64,000 bases of DNA from an uncultured Acidimicrobiales bacterium (GTDB lineage: Bacteria; Actinomycetota; Acidimicrobiia; Acidimicrobiales; SZUA-35): NCBI GenBank assembly GCA_938021675.1, contig CALIFY010000012.1, positions 19,697-83,696 of the forward strand, written 5' to 3'. Below are positions 18,689-27,880 of the stretch, piece by piece; the first letter of the stretch is position 1, and each line of letters opens with the position of its first letter. Both the position numbers and the translations under genes were made by a program. The notes beneath the pieces are model-generated. The model was not told the DNA's origin. It made no database searches and saw only the letters and a program-made list of their open reading frames with translations.

Positions 18689-19354
18689 ATGGCCGATCAG
18701 CCGATTTCGGAAGCTACCGTCGGCCGGCTCCCCGACTACCTGCGCACCCTGGTTGAACTGGCCGGAGATGATGTCGCCGGTGTTTCGTCAAAGCATCTCG
18801 CCACCCAAGTCGGAGTGAACTCCGCCACCTTACGTCGAGATTTAAGCGCCCTCGGCATCACCGGAACCCGCGGAGTGGGCTACGACGTCAAGTACCTGTT
18901 GTTCGAGATCAGCCGTGTCCTCGGTGTGCACCAGGAGTGGCGGGTGGCCGTGGTCGGAGCGGGCAATCTCGGCCAAGCCTTGGTCAACTACGACGGTCTT
19001 ACCCAACGGGGATTCCCAATCGTGGTGCTCTTCGATAACGATGAGTCAAAGGTGGGATCCATCATGGGTGGCATCGTCGTCCACCACGTCGACCATATGG
19101 CTGAGCTCGTTTCCGAACTCGGTGTGAACGTGGGGATCATCGCCACCGCCGCCGAGGCGGCGCAGTCGATAGCCGACGCGTTCGTCGAGGCCAAAATTGT
19201 CTCGCTTCTCGATTTCACCGCCGGTCCACTGGCCGTACCCGACCACGTCGTCGTCCGGCGAGTGGACCTGGCGACCGAGCTTCAGATCCTTAGCTTCTAC
19301 CAGCAGCGCGACACCGCGGTGTCGGGCGGCACCGGCGTGCCTCTCGGGGCATAA
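18689..19354 (+). CDS. rex: Redox-sensing transcriptional repressor Rex
   Basis: ISEATVGRLPDYLR, TLRRDLS..G..GTRGVGYDV, GAGNLG, VDLATELQILSFY. Confidence 0.95.
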   Translation: MADQPISEATVGRLPDYLRTLVELAGDDVAGVSSKHLATQVGVNSATLRRDLSALGITGTRGVGYDVKYLLFEISRVLGVHQEWRVAVVGAGNLGQALVNYDGLTQRGFPIVVLFDNDESKVGSIMGGIVVHHVDHMAELVSELGVNVGIIATAAEAAQSIADAFVEAKIVSLLDFTAGPLAVPDHVVVRRVDLATELQILSFYQQRDTAVSGGTGVPLGA

Positions 19355-19395
19355 ATTGGCTGGTGGGGCCTGAACTGGTGGGGAGAAACGAATTG

Positions 19396-19869
19396 TTAGG
19401 CGAACACCAATCGAGCGATCCAGTCGGCGACGAGGGCCGGCTTGTCTTGACCTTCGATCTCGATCGTCATGGTGCGGACCTGGTCGACGGCGTTGTCCTT
19501 GAGGGTCACCTCTATGGTCTTCGCCGTGGCCCGGATCCGAGAACCGACGGGAACGGGAGAGATGAATCGCACCTTGTTGAACCCGTAGTTGACGCCCATC
19601 AAGAGCCCATCGAACGCTGGCAGGTCGTCGGGGATCGTCGTCTGCAGGTGAACGAGCAACGACAGGGTCAAAAACCCATGGGCGATTGGACCACCGAAGG
19701 GGGTTTGGGCCGCCCGTTCCGGGTCGACGTGAATGAATTGGTGGTCCAGGGTGGCGTCGGCGAAGTCGTTGACTCGGTCTTGAGTCACCTCGAACCACTC
19801 ACCGACCGCCGCCTCTTTGCCGATCTGGACCGTCATCGCCTCGTGGGCACTCGTTGCGTTATCGCTCAT
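19396..19869 (-). CDS. MaoC family dehydratase
   Basis: FADATLDHQFIHVD, IAHGFLTLSL, NYGFNKVRF. Confidence 0.9.
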   Translation of the reverse strand: MSDNATSAHEAMTVQIGKEAAVGEWFEVTQDRVNDFADATLDHQFIHVDPERAAQTPFGGPIAHGFLTLSLLVHLQTTIPDDLPAFDGLLMGVNYGFNKVRFISPVPVGSRIRATAKTIEVTLKDNAVDQVRTMTIEIEGQDKPALVADWIARLVFA

Positions 19870-19958
19870 ACGGGCAATTGTGACAGGTTGACCCCAATGG
19901 ACAAACCCGAGTCAGCCGGCCTCTCATCGAGACGGTTATCCTCCAAGGGAACGCTCCT

Positions 19959-20873
19959 ATGAAACTCAGGATTGCTACCCGCTCCAGCCCCCTCGCTCGT
20001 TGGCAGGCTGAACACGTTGCTCGGCTGCTCCGGGTCGTCGAACCGACGCTCGACATCGAGTACGTGACGGCGGCGACGCTGGGCGATCGACGGCTTGACC
20101 TTTCGATCGTCGAACTCGGCGGCAAGGGTGCGTTCTCGAAAGAAATTCAGCAGCTGGTACTGGCCGGGCACGCCGATGTGGCTGTCCACTCGGCAAAGGA
20201 CCTTCAAGCTCTCACCCCGGTAGGCCTCGTCATCTCCGCCTTTGTCGAGCGTGGAGACCCCAGAGACGCCCTCGTCGGGGCTCGGCTTGTCGACCTCCCG
20301 GCCGGAGCGTCTGTGGCGACCGGCTCGAACCGTCGCGGCGTGCTCCTCCTCGATCAACGACCCGATTTGGAACTGCGCGACCTGCGAGGAAATATACAAA
20401 CCCGCTTGGCTCAGAGCGGCCGAAACGGTGTCGACGCGGTGGTCGTTGCCGCCGTCGCCCTCGAACGCCTGTCCCTCCAGCCCGAGGTGGTCGACATTCT
20501 GGACCCGACGACGTTTGTGCCCCAGGTCGGACAGGGAGCGTTGGCGGTAGAGGCCAGAGAGGACGACGACTCGGTACGCCACCTTCTGGCCACGATCAAC
20601 CACCACCTGACCGCTACCGCCGTCGGCGCCGAGCGGTCATTCCTGGCCGAGCTCGGTGGCGATTGCAACCTCCCGGCCGGCGCACACGCCACCGTGAACG
20701 GCGATGCAGTGGAGATTCGCGGCGTGTTGGCCCCCGATGCGGGAACCGTCGGACGACGTGGAGCGGCGCCGACCGGGCTTCATCGTGCGATTGAGTCTGG
20801 CTCGGCTTCCGCCGACCCTGGCCGGGTCTTGGCTCGCCGCCTCCGCAAGGCGGTCGAAACCGCCGCCGCTTGA
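19959..20873 (+). CDS. hemC: Hydroxymethylbilane synthase
   Basis: IATRSSPLARWQ, GGKGAFSKE, AVHSAKD, LRGNI, VGQGAL, cofactor Cys in GGDCNLP. Confidence 0.95.
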   Translation: MKLRIATRSSPLARWQAEHVARLLRVVEPTLDIEYVTAATLGDRRLDLSIVELGGKGAFSKEIQQLVLAGHADVAVHSAKDLQALTPVGLVISAFVERGDPRDALVGARLVDLPAGASVATGSNRRGVLLLDQRPDLELRDLRGNIQTRLAQSGRNGVDAVVVAAVALERLSLQPEVVDILDPTTFVPQVGQGALAVEAREDDDSVRHLLATINHHLTATAVGAERSFLAELGGDCNLPAGAHATVNGDAVEIRGVLAPDAGTVGRRGAAPTGLHRAIESGSASADPGRVLARRLRKAVETAAA

Positions 20874-21655
20874 CTGGAACCGTGAGCTGGCCGCTTTCGG
20901 GGCGAACCATTCTTCTCACTCGCGTGCCAGCCGAGAATGCCCCGTTGGCTGCAGAACTGGCGACGTTGGGTGCCCAGGTCGTTGAACTGCCGCTTCTCAA
21001 GGTCGTTCCACCGGCCGATGACGGAGCGGCGCTGAGCGCCGCTGTGGCCAAGTTATCCGACTACGCCTTCGTGGTCTTTACCTCGGCCAACGGAGTACGT
21101 GCATTCGTCGACGCCCGGGAAATCCCCGGCGAGAGTTGGCCAACCGATCTTTCGGTTGTCGCCGTCGGACCGGCCACCGCGGCCGCCGCCACCGCGGCGG
21201 GCCTGGCGGTCGATGTGATGGCGTCGACCGCCACCGCTGCGGCGTTGACCGACGCCCTGCCAGCCGCCGGCGACGACGCCTCCCGAGTGTTGGCCCCCCT
21301 CGCCGAGCAGGCTTCTCCGACGGTCGTCGATGGTTTGACAGCGAAGGGGTATGCCGTCGATCGGGTCACGGCATACCAGACCGTGTCGCCACCTCTGCCG
21401 GACAAGCTCCCGGCGGTTGATGCCATCGCTCTGTTCGCCCCATCGGCCGTCGACCGTTTCGTCGATCGCTACGGGGTTGGCGCATTGCCTCCGGTGGTCG
21501 TGGCCATCGGTCCGTCGACGATGACCCGGCTGGCCGATCTTGGCGTTGGCGGAGCGGCCGAAGCTACTCCTCACACCTCGGCCGGCGTGTTGGACATGTT
21601 GGTGTTCACACTTCAGCGGTCACCAGAACAGGGCCGCTCTACCATGGGCGGGTGA
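20870..21655 (+). CDS. hemD: Uroporphyrinogen-III synthase
   Basis: ILLTR, VFTSANGV, AVGPATA, AYQT, AIGPST; between hemC and hemB with overlapping start/stop codons. Confidence 0.9.
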   Translation: MTGTVSWPLSGRTILLTRVPAENAPLAAELATLGAQVVELPLLKVVPPADDGAALSAAVAKLSDYAFVVFTSANGVRAFVDAREIPGESWPTDLSVVAVGPATAAAATAAGLAVDVMASTATAAALTDALPAAGDDASRVLAPLAEQASPTVVDGLTAKGYAVDRVTAYQTVSPPLPDKLPAVDAIALFAPSAVDRFVDRYGVGALPPVVVAIGPSTMTRLADLGVGGAAEATPHTSAGVLDMLVFTLQRSPEQGRSTMGG

Positions 21656-22638
21656 ACTTCCCTCAGCGCAGGCTCCGCCGTCTCCGAACAACGCCGACCA
21701 TGCGACGGCTTGTCGCCGAGACCAATCTGACCGTTGACGATTTGATCGCACCGCTGTTCGTGAGGGAAGGAATCGACCAGCCCCAGCCGATCCTGTCCTT
21801 GCCCGGAGTATCCCAGCACAGCATCGACTCCCTACGTCGCGAGGTGGAACGGCTCGCCGCGCTCGGCGTGCCAGCGATCATGCTGTTCGGCGTGCCCGTC
21901 GAGAAAGACGGTGAAGGGTCGCAAGCCTGGAACCCCGAGGGCATCGTCCAAGTGGCCCTTCGCCAACTTCGAGAGGACTTGGGCGACGATGTTGTCTTGA
22001 TGGCCGATCTTTGCCTCGATGAATACACCGATCACGGCCACTGCGGTCTCGTCGACGATCGGGGGAGGGTCGACAACGACGCCACCCTCAATCTGTATGC
22101 CGAGGTGGCGTGCGCCCAAGCCGAGGCGGGGGTCGACGTCGTGGCACCGTCGGGGATGATGGACGGTCAGGTGATGGCCATTCGCGATGCTCTCGACGAG
22201 GGCGACTGGACAGAGGTTGGAATCCTTGCGTACTCGGCGAAATACGCCAGTGCTTTTTACGGCCCGTTTCGGGATGCGGTCGACGTCACCATCGTCGGCG
22301 GCGGCGATCGTGCCGGCTACCAACAGGACTGGCGGAACGGGCGAGAGGCGCTTGATGAAATCCGGCTCGATGTGGCGGAGGGGGCCGACATGGTGATGGT
22401 CAAGCCGGCTGTTGCGTACCTCGACATCGTGGCGAGGGCCAGGATGGAAGTCGACATCCCCATCGCCGCGTATCACGTGAGCGGTGAGTACGCGATGCTG
22501 AAAGCGGCCGCTCAGAACGGTTGGATCGACGGTGACGCGGCGGCGCTTGAAGTGTTGACCTCGATCAAACGAGCGGGTGCCGACATGATCTTGACCTACC
22601 TCGCCTCGGAGGTCGCCGAGGTTCTTGCCGCCCGTTGA
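21652..22638 (+). CDS. hemB: Porphobilinogen synthase
   Basis: DLCLDEYTDHGHCG, APSGMMDGQV, YSAKYASAFYGPFRDA, MVKPA, AYHVSGEY. Confidence 0.97.
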   Translation: MNFPQRRLRRLRTTPTMRRLVAETNLTVDDLIAPLFVREGIDQPQPILSLPGVSQHSIDSLRREVERLAALGVPAIMLFGVPVEKDGEGSQAWNPEGIVQVALRQLREDLGDDVVLMADLCLDEYTDHGHCGLVDDRGRVDNDATLNLYAEVACAQAEAGVDVVAPSGMMDGQVMAIRDALDEGDWTEVGILAYSAKYASAFYGPFRDAVDVTIVGGGDRAGYQQDWRNGREALDEIRLDVAEGADMVMVKPAVAYLDIVARARMEVDIPIAAYHVSGEYAMLKAAAQNGWIDGDAAALEVLTSIKRAGADMILTYLASEVAEVLAAR

Positions 22639-23645
22639 CGCCCAGGCCGGGTATCGGCCGTATTGCCGGTGGGATTGCCGGTGGGATTGCCTGCCCCCGA
22701 CCCCCGAGATCCCCGGTCGTCTTCGAGGACCGTCACGAGTGTCGTTCGTCCGATCTGGTGCATCGTCGGGTTGTCCGATGAATTGGCCAGTATCGCCAGC
22801 GAAAGCGTCACAGCCCATGCTCGTGCCCTCGCCCAGGTGTCGTCGTCGATCGGGTTGTGGTCGTTGGCCGCAGCTCTGCGGAACAGGTGGCGTTCGTGGT
22901 GATCGAACAGCGCCCACGCCACACCGAGATCGCATGCTGGGTCGCCGGTCGTGATGTCTCCGAAATCGATCACCGCCGCCAAGTGACCGCGGTGACCGAG
23001 CAGGTTGAGTGGGTGGGTATCGCCATGAAGCCAAAGCGGCGGACCAGACCAGGCCGGTAGGGCCGCCGCCTGTCGCCAGATGTGCCGCAGCCGTGCCGAG
23101 TCGGACGCCGTGGGGTCGTCGGGAAGGAAGTCGACTAGCCGGTGTAGCCGGGCCTCGGTCAACTCCGACTTTTCGGCGAGCGGCACGCCGCGGTGGGGGT
23201 TTCGGGGCGCCTCTGGAGGTCCCGGCCGGTGAAGGGCGGCGAAGAAGGCCCCGAGTTCGGTGGCCAACATGGGATACTGTGCTGCCGGTTCGCCCGACGA
23301 CCGGCCCGTCAGGGGGCGCCCGGCGACGTAGGGAACCACGGTCCACGACCACGGGTAGCCACAGCCCGGTGTGCCGACCCGGACCGGTGTGGGGACGGGA
23401 ACCGGGAGGGTCGGCGCCAACGCCGGCAACCATCGTTGCTCGTTGACGATCAAGGCGGCCGCCGCCGTCCGCCGGGGCAGTCGGACGGCCAGGTCATCGC
23501 CTAGTCGAAACGTCGCGTTATCCCAACCGTTGACCGGTTCGGCGATGGGCAGCTCGGCCAGATCGGGGTGCTGGGCCGCGAGGAGCCGGCGGACGACGTC
23601 GGCTGTGGCATCGATCTCCGCCGCCGGCATTCGAGATGCTGACAT
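22596..23645 (-). CDS. Aminoglycoside phosphotransferase (APH) family kinase
   Basis: GWDNATFRLG, HGDTHPLN (Brenner motif), IDFGD; 3' end overlaps hemB by 43 bp. Confidence 0.88.
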   Translation of the reverse strand: MSASRMPAAEIDATADVVRRLLAAQHPDLAELPIAEPVNGWDNATFRLGDDLAVRLPRRTAAAALIVNEQRWLPALAPTLPVPVPTPVRVGTPGCGYPWSWTVVPYVAGRPLTGRSSGEPAAQYPMLATELGAFFAALHRPGPPEAPRNPHRGVPLAEKSELTEARLHRLVDFLPDDPTASDSARLRHIWRQAAALPAWSGPPLWLHGDTHPLNLLGHRGHLAAVIDFGDITTGDPACDLGVAWALFDHHERHLFRRAAANDHNPIDDDTWARARAWAVTLSLAILANSSDNPTMHQIGRTTLVTVLEDDRGSRGSGAGNPTGNPTGNTADTRPGRQRAARTSATSEAR

Positions 23646-23751
23646 GCCACGAGGCTAGCTGCTGGCCTTTGGCCAAGGCGTGAGATCGAGCGACCGGCAT
23701 GGTGGAGGGGCGACCCACGCTCAGATCACAATCGGATACGATCGAGGATTC

Positions 23752-24732
23752 ATGCAAAACCCGATGGGTCGGCGCTCCCGCTCGCTCTTGTACGTTGTCG
23801 CCGTTGTCATCGGGTTCGGTCTGTTGGTTGGTATCGCATTGGCGATCGGCAGCGTGACCGGGCGCTCTCAGCAGGCTGACGACGGATCGGTGACGATCGG
23901 TACCGACGCTGGGCCGACGGTCGGTGGTGGGGTGGTCAGCGACGGTTCGGGAGAGGTGGGTCAGGCTCCAACCAGATTTGGTGGCGGCGCCGAGAGCGGA
24001 TCGAACGACACGGTCACGACCCAGGGGACCGCCACCGGTGAACTCGATGGGGTCCCGCCGGCGGATGCGAACTGTGGCACTACGGCTGGGGTCGGGCAAT
24101 CGATCCGTTTCACCACCGGCGAGGTCTCGTCTACGGTCGAAGACGTACTCGGCGATGGTGAACGGAAACCGTACACCTTGGAGGTCGCGGAAGGTCAGGT
24201 CCTTACCGTTCGAGCATCGGCCGGCGCAGGCGACGTAACGGTGTCGGTCGTCGACCCCGATGGCCTGGTCGTTGCCGATGGGGTGACCGAGGTCGTCGAG
24301 ACGACCGTACCGGGGGTGTATCAAATCTGCGTTGGTGCCGGCCGACGGGCCACCGATTACTCGCTCGTCGTTTCGGTCGTCGACGAACAGTCGGATCCGA
24401 TCGAGGCAGCGTGGTGCGGGGCGACGGTACACGATCGGGGAGAGATCCGGTTCGCCGCTGGTGCTGTCTCCGACATCTTTTCAGGCAACGCGGTGCGAGG
24501 TGAACACGAGCTCTATCGAATCGGGGCGCTCGTTGGTCAAACGATGACCGTCGTTGTGAACTCGGCAGAAGACGACGTGGTGTTCGCTCTCCAGAGTCCA
24601 ACCGGCGAGATACTCGTCGATGACATGAACTTTTTCGAGAGTCCGTTGTTGAACGACGGCGACTACGCCATCTGCGTTGAGGCCAGCGGTGGCGATACTC
24701 GCTACACCGCCGAGGTCATCATCGTCGATTGA
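23752..24732 (+). CDS. Membrane-anchored extracellular protein with two PPC-like beta-sandwich repeats
   Basis: N-terminal TM, then two repeats of C...IRF..G.....Y......GQ.(L/M)TV.......P.G......G.Y.ICV. Confidence 0.65.
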   Translation: MQNPMGRRSRSLLYVVAVVIGFGLLVGIALAIGSVTGRSQQADDGSVTIGTDAGPTVGGGVVSDGSGEVGQAPTRFGGGAESGSNDTVTTQGTATGELDGVPPADANCGTTAGVGQSIRFTTGEVSSTVEDVLGDGERKPYTLEVAEGQVLTVRASAGAGDVTVSVVDPDGLVVADGVTEVVETTVPGVYQICVGAGRRATDYSLVVSVVDEQSDPIEAAWCGATVHDRGEIRFAAGAVSDIFSGNAVRGEHELYRIGALVGQTMTVVVNSAEDDVVFALQSPTGEILVDDMNFFESPLLNDGDYAICVEASGGDTRYTAEVIIVD

Positions 24733-24817
24733 TCAAGGCGACCGACGACGTTCGTCGCCGGTCGGACGCCACGGTTTCCACCAACTGTGGTTCTGGGTCG
24801 GGAACGGACTGCTGAGA

Positions 24818-25690
24818 TCAGCTAGACGCCGCTTCTTCAGCGACGTCCTCTTCGGCCCGAGGACCGGGGCACGGCTCTTCTTCTGGATCCTCAGAACCTT
24901 CTCCGGTGGCGCCCGGTGTCATGGTGGGATCTGCGCAGGCCAGCAAAAAGTCAAGATCGATTGGCTCGTCGACGCCGAGCTCGATCTCTTCTCTCATGTG
25001 TTCGACCCACTCTTCATACCCGGGGGACGTGGTGTCTTCTTCGGCCAAAATGGCTCGCTCATGGTAGACCACAAGTTCGAGCTCAAGTTGGTTCAGACTG
25101 CTTAGCTGCGCCGGCATGGCGCCGCGGCCGCGGGCCCCCGAGACGCGTTGACCGCCCTCTCGATCGGGACTGCCGTACGGTTGGCTATCGATGTCGGCCG
25201 AGCCTCGGGCCACATGGACCATCTGGTCGACGGCCGAGGGGAAGGTTGCGAGAAGTTCGCCGTCGGTAAGGGCATAGCCGACGCCACCGCCGCCGTTGGC
25301 TCCGTGACAGCCCGAGCAGGAGCCGTACAGCTCTGCCGCCTCGATCAACAGTTCGTCTTCTACCTCTGGCTGCTGCATTGTCCCGGCGAAACTCCAGGCC
25401 CAAAGAGGCAGTGCAGCGAGCACCGGGAGGACCCACACCGGGACGCGCTTGCGGGCCATCGCCGCGGTGACGTAGGCCGGCACCGGCTTCGGTGGTTTTG
25501 GAGGGGGATCAAGGTTTGGAAGGTTGGCTGTCGGCTCCGCCACTACCGGTGCAGATTTTTCTGCCGCCACCGGAGCCGAAGTCGGCCCGGTGCTCGCGGT
25601 GGGGGTATCGCCGCCGCCGGCGTCGCCGCCAGACTGCCCGGCTTTTGCCGCCTTGCTTCGCTTCAGTAGATGTTCCGGGATTTCGGTCAT
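24818..25690 (-). CDS. Membrane-anchored mono-haem cytochrome c
   Basis: One TM (VWVLPVLAALPLWAWSF), CSGCH haem motif, distal GAMPAQ Met; N-terminal MTEIPEHLLKRS motif. Confidence 0.85.
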   Translation of the reverse strand: MTEIPEHLLKRSKAAKAGQSGGDAGGGDTPTASTGPTSAPVAAEKSAPVVAEPTANLPNLDPPPKPPKPVPAYVTAAMARKRVPVWVLPVLAALPLWAWSFAGTMQQPEVEDELLIEAAELYGSCSGCHGANGGGGVGYALTDGELLATFPSAVDQMVHVARGSADIDSQPYGSPDREGGQRVSGARGRGAMPAQLSSLNQLELELVVYHERAILAEEDTTSPGYEEWVEHMREEIELGVDEPIDLDFLLACADPTMTPGATGEGSEDPEEEPCPGPRAEEDVAEEAASS

Positions 25691-26045
25691 CGTGTTGTCT
25701 CTCTACCAATCCTCACAGCCGCTACCTGCGATTTCTCGCCGGGTGCGAACGTCTTCCTGGAGAAGCGGCTCCGACACTTCGATGTCAACGGTCCTCCGGG
25801 AGCGGTCTCGACTCGATCGAACGAACGGTATCGCAGCGTAACCGCGCGCTACGGCACCGAGAAACAGTATGCGGCGCAAAGACTATCCAGCCACTCGTGC
25901 GGTCACGACGGGTTGTGACCAAACCTTGATACTGTTCCCACCGGGCCACCGCAGCTCGGTACCATCCGCAGCCTCACGTGTGTCCAACGACCAGTGCATA
26001 GATGTTAGGTTACGGTTGCGTCCTAGGTGGGCGCGGCGAGTACAT

Positions 26046-26063
26046 TTGTGCACAGGTTCACAA
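26046..26063. promoter_or_regulatory. Rex operator (ROP)
   Basis: TTGTGCACAGGTTCACAA matches the Rex consensus TTGTG(A/C)A-N4-TTCACAA; ~77 bp upstream of the respiratory operon; rex is in the window. Confidence 0.8.
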
Positions 26064-26139
26064 ACTCATCAACATCTGTCTGACACTAGAATTCGGGAGG
26101 CCAAGCTCCCTGTCGGATGCTCGAAAGGAGCGCACTGCG

Positions 26140-26595
26140 GTGGTTGCCCTCGTCACATCGATCCTCGTAGCTGTCGTGATGGCGGTCGGCATTTTTTGGT
26201 ACGCCGGCCGACGGCCGGTCGGAACACCGGTGACCTGGGGCGAAGCGCTCGTCGGTTCGGTGTACGTGTTCTTCTTAGCGTTCCTGGCATACGGGGTGAT
26301 CCCGCACCAGTGGCTCACCATGGCCGAGAACGAGTTCAATTTCCGGGCTGATCGGCTACTCGTCGGCCCCGGGGAAATCCTCAAGCCCATCCACCAGGGT
26401 GGTTGGGTGCCGTTCGACATCCCATACCGGGCACTGTCCGACACGGTCGCAGTTATCTTCTATGTCGTGTTTCTTGGGCTTCAGATCTGGATGTGGGCCC
26501 GATGGCAAAACCGGGATAAGCGGGCCGAAAGCAAGGCGCTGCTCGCCAGCAACCAGACAAGTTCGTTTGGTCGACCTCTGCTCAAACAGGGCTGA
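26140..26595 (+). CDS. Hypothetical 3-TM membrane protein, first gene of the Rieske/cyt b-nuo operon
   Basis: AAGGAG RBS before GTG 26140; hydrophobic segments; RRPVGTPVTWGEA and YGVIPHQWL. Confidence 0.75.
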   Translation: MVALVTSILVAVVMAVGIFWYAGRRPVGTPVTWGEALVGSVYVFFLAFLAYGVIPHQWLTMAENEFNFRADRLLVGPGEILKPIHQGGWVPFDIPYRALSDTVAVIFYVVFLGLQIWMWARWQNRDKRAESKALLASNQTSSFGRPLLKQG

Positions 26596-26613
26596 GGGGG
26601 TGCACCGATCACG

Positions 26614-27030
26614 ATGACCACCACCGATGCCAACCCGCCGCTTCCAGAATTTCGGACCGACTACCTCCTCATGGAGGTCGACGCCGACTACTTAGGGCGG
26701 GCGGTGAAGCCCAAACAGTTCATTCATATCGACCAGTCGGAATGCATCGCCTGTGAGGGCTGCGTCGACATCTGCCCGTGGAAGTGCATCCACATGCAGA
26801 CGGTCGACTGCGTCGACGAGGCCTATGGCGCGGTCAAGCCGGGCGACGACCCAAACGATGCGTTTATCTTCACCATCGACGACGACGTGTGTACCCGGTG
26901 TGCACTGTGCGTCGACCGATGCCCAACCGGGGTGATTATCCTCGGCAAGGTCAGCGAACCAAACCCATCCGGTGATCTCCACCAGCGGATGACTTCATAC
27001 GGCTACGGCTACGGCATGCGCCTCGCTTGA
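26614..27030 (+). CDS. 2x[4Fe-4S] dicluster ferredoxin
   Basis: CIACEGCVDICP and CTRCALCVDRCP; no signal peptide. Confidence 0.92.
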   Translation: MTTTDANPPLPEFRTDYLLMEVDADYLGRAVKPKQFIHIDQSECIACEGCVDICPWKCIHMQTVDCVDEAYGAVKPGDDPNDAFIFTIDDDVCTRCALCVDRCPTGVIILGKVSEPNPSGDLHQRMTSYGYGYGMRLA

Positions 27031-27079
27031 GCTGAGCTCAGCACACACAGGGACTACGGAGCAAACGGGAACTCAGCAG

Positions 27080-27871
27080 ATGGCAAAGTCGATTCAAGAC
27101 AAACCGACACTGGCAGAACGGGCGCAAGCCCAAGTGGCTCAGCTCGGCACCAACATGCAGGGCTCACAGGCCTGGAACTCGATCTTTCGACCGGGGTCGG
27201 TGTTTCGTAAGGGCTACACCGACAGCCCTCGAAATCGGTCATACGTCATCATGAACAGCGTGTTGTACCACCTTCACCCGGTGAAGGTAAAACGCCACGC
27301 GGTCAAGGTCAGTTATACGCTGTGCCTCGGTGGCCTGAGCTTCTTCTTGTTCATCCTGCTCACGGTGACCGGCATTTTCTTGATGTTCTTCTATACGCCG
27401 GAGGCCGCTCGGGCCTGGGACGACATCCAGTCGTTGCAAACCCAGATCGCTTTCGGCCTCCTGGTGAGGAACATGCACCGGTGGGGGGCGCACCTCATGG
27501 TGATCTCGGTCTTCCTTCACATGGCCCGAGTCTTTTACCATGGGGCGTACAAGGCCCCGAGGGAATTCAACTGGGTCATCGGCGTGATTCTGCTTACACT
27601 TACCTTGCTGCTGTCGTTCACCGGTTATCTGTTGCCGTGGGATCAGCTGGCGCTGTGGGCCGTGACCGTCGGTACCAACATGATGGGGTTCACCCCGGTC
27701 TTCGGTACCCAGGTCAAGTTCGTCCTCCTCGGTGGAAGCGTGATCGGTACCGACACTCTGCTTCGTTGGTACGTGTTGCATGTTCTGTTCGTTCCGTTCG
27801 TCACCGTAATCTTTATGGCTATCCACTTTTGGAGAGTCCGTAAGGACGGCGGCATCTCCGGGCCCCTCTAG
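27080..27871 (+). CDS. petB: Cytochrome b6-type (split, 4-TM) cytochrome b
   Basis: YTLCLGG (haem ci Cys), HRWGAHLMVISVFLH, FTGYLLPWDQ, LH-x14-H, C-terminal GISGPL. Confidence 0.9.
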   Translation: MAKSIQDKPTLAERAQAQVAQLGTNMQGSQAWNSIFRPGSVFRKGYTDSPRNRSYVIMNSVLYHLHPVKVKRHAVKVSYTLCLGGLSFFLFILLTVTGIFLMFFYTPEAARAWDDIQSLQTQIAFGLLVRNMHRWGAHLMVISVFLHMARVFYHGAYKAPREFNWVIGVILLTLTLLLSFTGYLLPWDQLALWAVTVGTNMMGFTPVFGTQVKFVLLGGSVIGTDTLLRWYVLHVLFVPFVTVIFMAIHFWRVRKDGGISGPL

Positions 27872-27880
27872 GGAGCACAC

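Noticed and set aside
19878-19895. Rex-like site upstream of hemC (TTGTGACAGGTTGACCCC)
   Set aside because: Spacing is one base short and the right arm is poor; cannot be supported.
22662-22691. 12-bp tandem repeat ATTGCCGGTGGG near the hemB/APH junction
   Set aside because: Short slippage duplication in the non-conserved APH tail (NPTGNPTGN); no evidence of function.
21832-23433. 533-aa minus-strand ORF and other long overlapping ORFs (e.g. 4562-5788, 44046-45389, 45776-47011)
   Set aside because: Antisense or alternate-frame shadows of well-supported genes, expected from the scarcity of stop codons at high GC.
22596-23645. APH gene as an acquired antibiotic-resistance determinant
   Set aside because: Generic APH/choline-kinase-like family common in actinobacteria; no mobile context or evident compositional anomaly.
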